From the NCBI RefSeq assembly GCF_009834535.1, contig NC_045697.1:105712001-105776000 (forward strand): a stretch of DNA of 64,000 nt. Direction: 5' to 3'. The translations under genes were made by a program, and so were the position numbers. This document shows positions 63,380 to 64,000 of the stretch, piece by piece. Source of the DNA: Camelus ferus. Taxonomy: Eukaryota. The stretch's first letter is position 1. Every line of letters begins with the position of its first letter. Under the pieces are notes generated by a model that did not search any database, was not told where the DNA came from, and worked only from the letters and a program-made list of their open reading frames with translations.

Positions 63380-64000
63380 TTCTTTAAAAATAAATAATTT
63401 AAGTCACTTCCTTTTTTATTGTATTATACTGTATTGTATTGTATTGTATTTGAATAAGCAATACATTTGCATGGTTCAAAGACATTCAAAAATAAATGAG
63501 AGAGAATATAGGGAAAAATTTCCCTCCACCTTTTTCTCTTTGTCAACCAGTTCTCCCTGTAGGCAGATTAAGTTTCTTATACATTCTTCCAAAGTTATTT
63601 TATACATACACAAGTGCATGTGTGTGTGTACATATACGTATACTTACGTTTATTCACCCTTTGTGCAAAAATGATTGCATTCTATACGTGCTATTTTGTT
63701 ACCTTGAGTTTTCCATTTTATACTTTATCTTGGAACTCTTTCCTTAGAAGTATGTAAAATAGTTCCTTATTTTTATTATGGCTGTAGAGTATTCCATTGT
63801 CTGGCTGTATTAAGTATGTTTAACCTGTCTGCCACTAGTGAAAACTTAGATGTTCTTTTCAACAGTTGTTATTACCAAAAGGTTGAAATAACACTCTACA
63901 TTGGTTATTTTATTTGTATGTGAAAATGTATTTCAACTGGGTAAATTCCTAGCAGTAGAATCACTAGGTTATGGTATAAAGGGGATTTTTTTTTTGCAAG
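63380..64000 (-). mobile_element. Old L1ME-like 3' region with (TATTG)n tail
   Basis: atggctgtagagtattccattgtctgg..gggtaaattcctagcagtagaatcactagg; (tattg)n at ~63417-63450. Confidence 0.7.

Overview
Mammalian, AT-rich, repeat-dense non-coding DNA, most likely camelid (alpaca/llama/camel). The evidence is a Vic-1-like tRNA-derived SINE with target-site duplication (6680-6810), cetartiodactyl-type L1 3' ends, MER41-like LTRs, and no visible Alu, B1, Bov-A/BovB, PRE-1 or SINEC. I find no convincing protein-coding gene, RNA gene or CRISPR-type array. The listed ORFs are L1/L2/LTR debris or chance ORFs, so the window looks intergenic or part of a large intron. Much of it is recognisable transposon relics: L1, L2, L3/CR1, MIR, MLT1, LTR41-like, MER41-like, MER20, MER5, MER2 and Zaphod. 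Repeat family names come from recalled consensus similarity and need RepeatMasker/Dfam confirmation; most old-repeat boundaries are approximate. Best leads: (i) a CpG-retaining ETS/TATA-like element at ~37.2 kb with a candidate signal-peptide-like first exon; (ii) a promoter-like block at 51.5-52.0 kb; (iii) near-perfect fold-back hairpins at 21.2 kb and a cluster at 44.0-44.4 kb; (iv) two co-oriented MER41-like LTRs, one with a perfect NRF2/AP-1 site; (v) nested, internally deleted L1 mosaics. I cannot support a novel biological system from the sequence alone.
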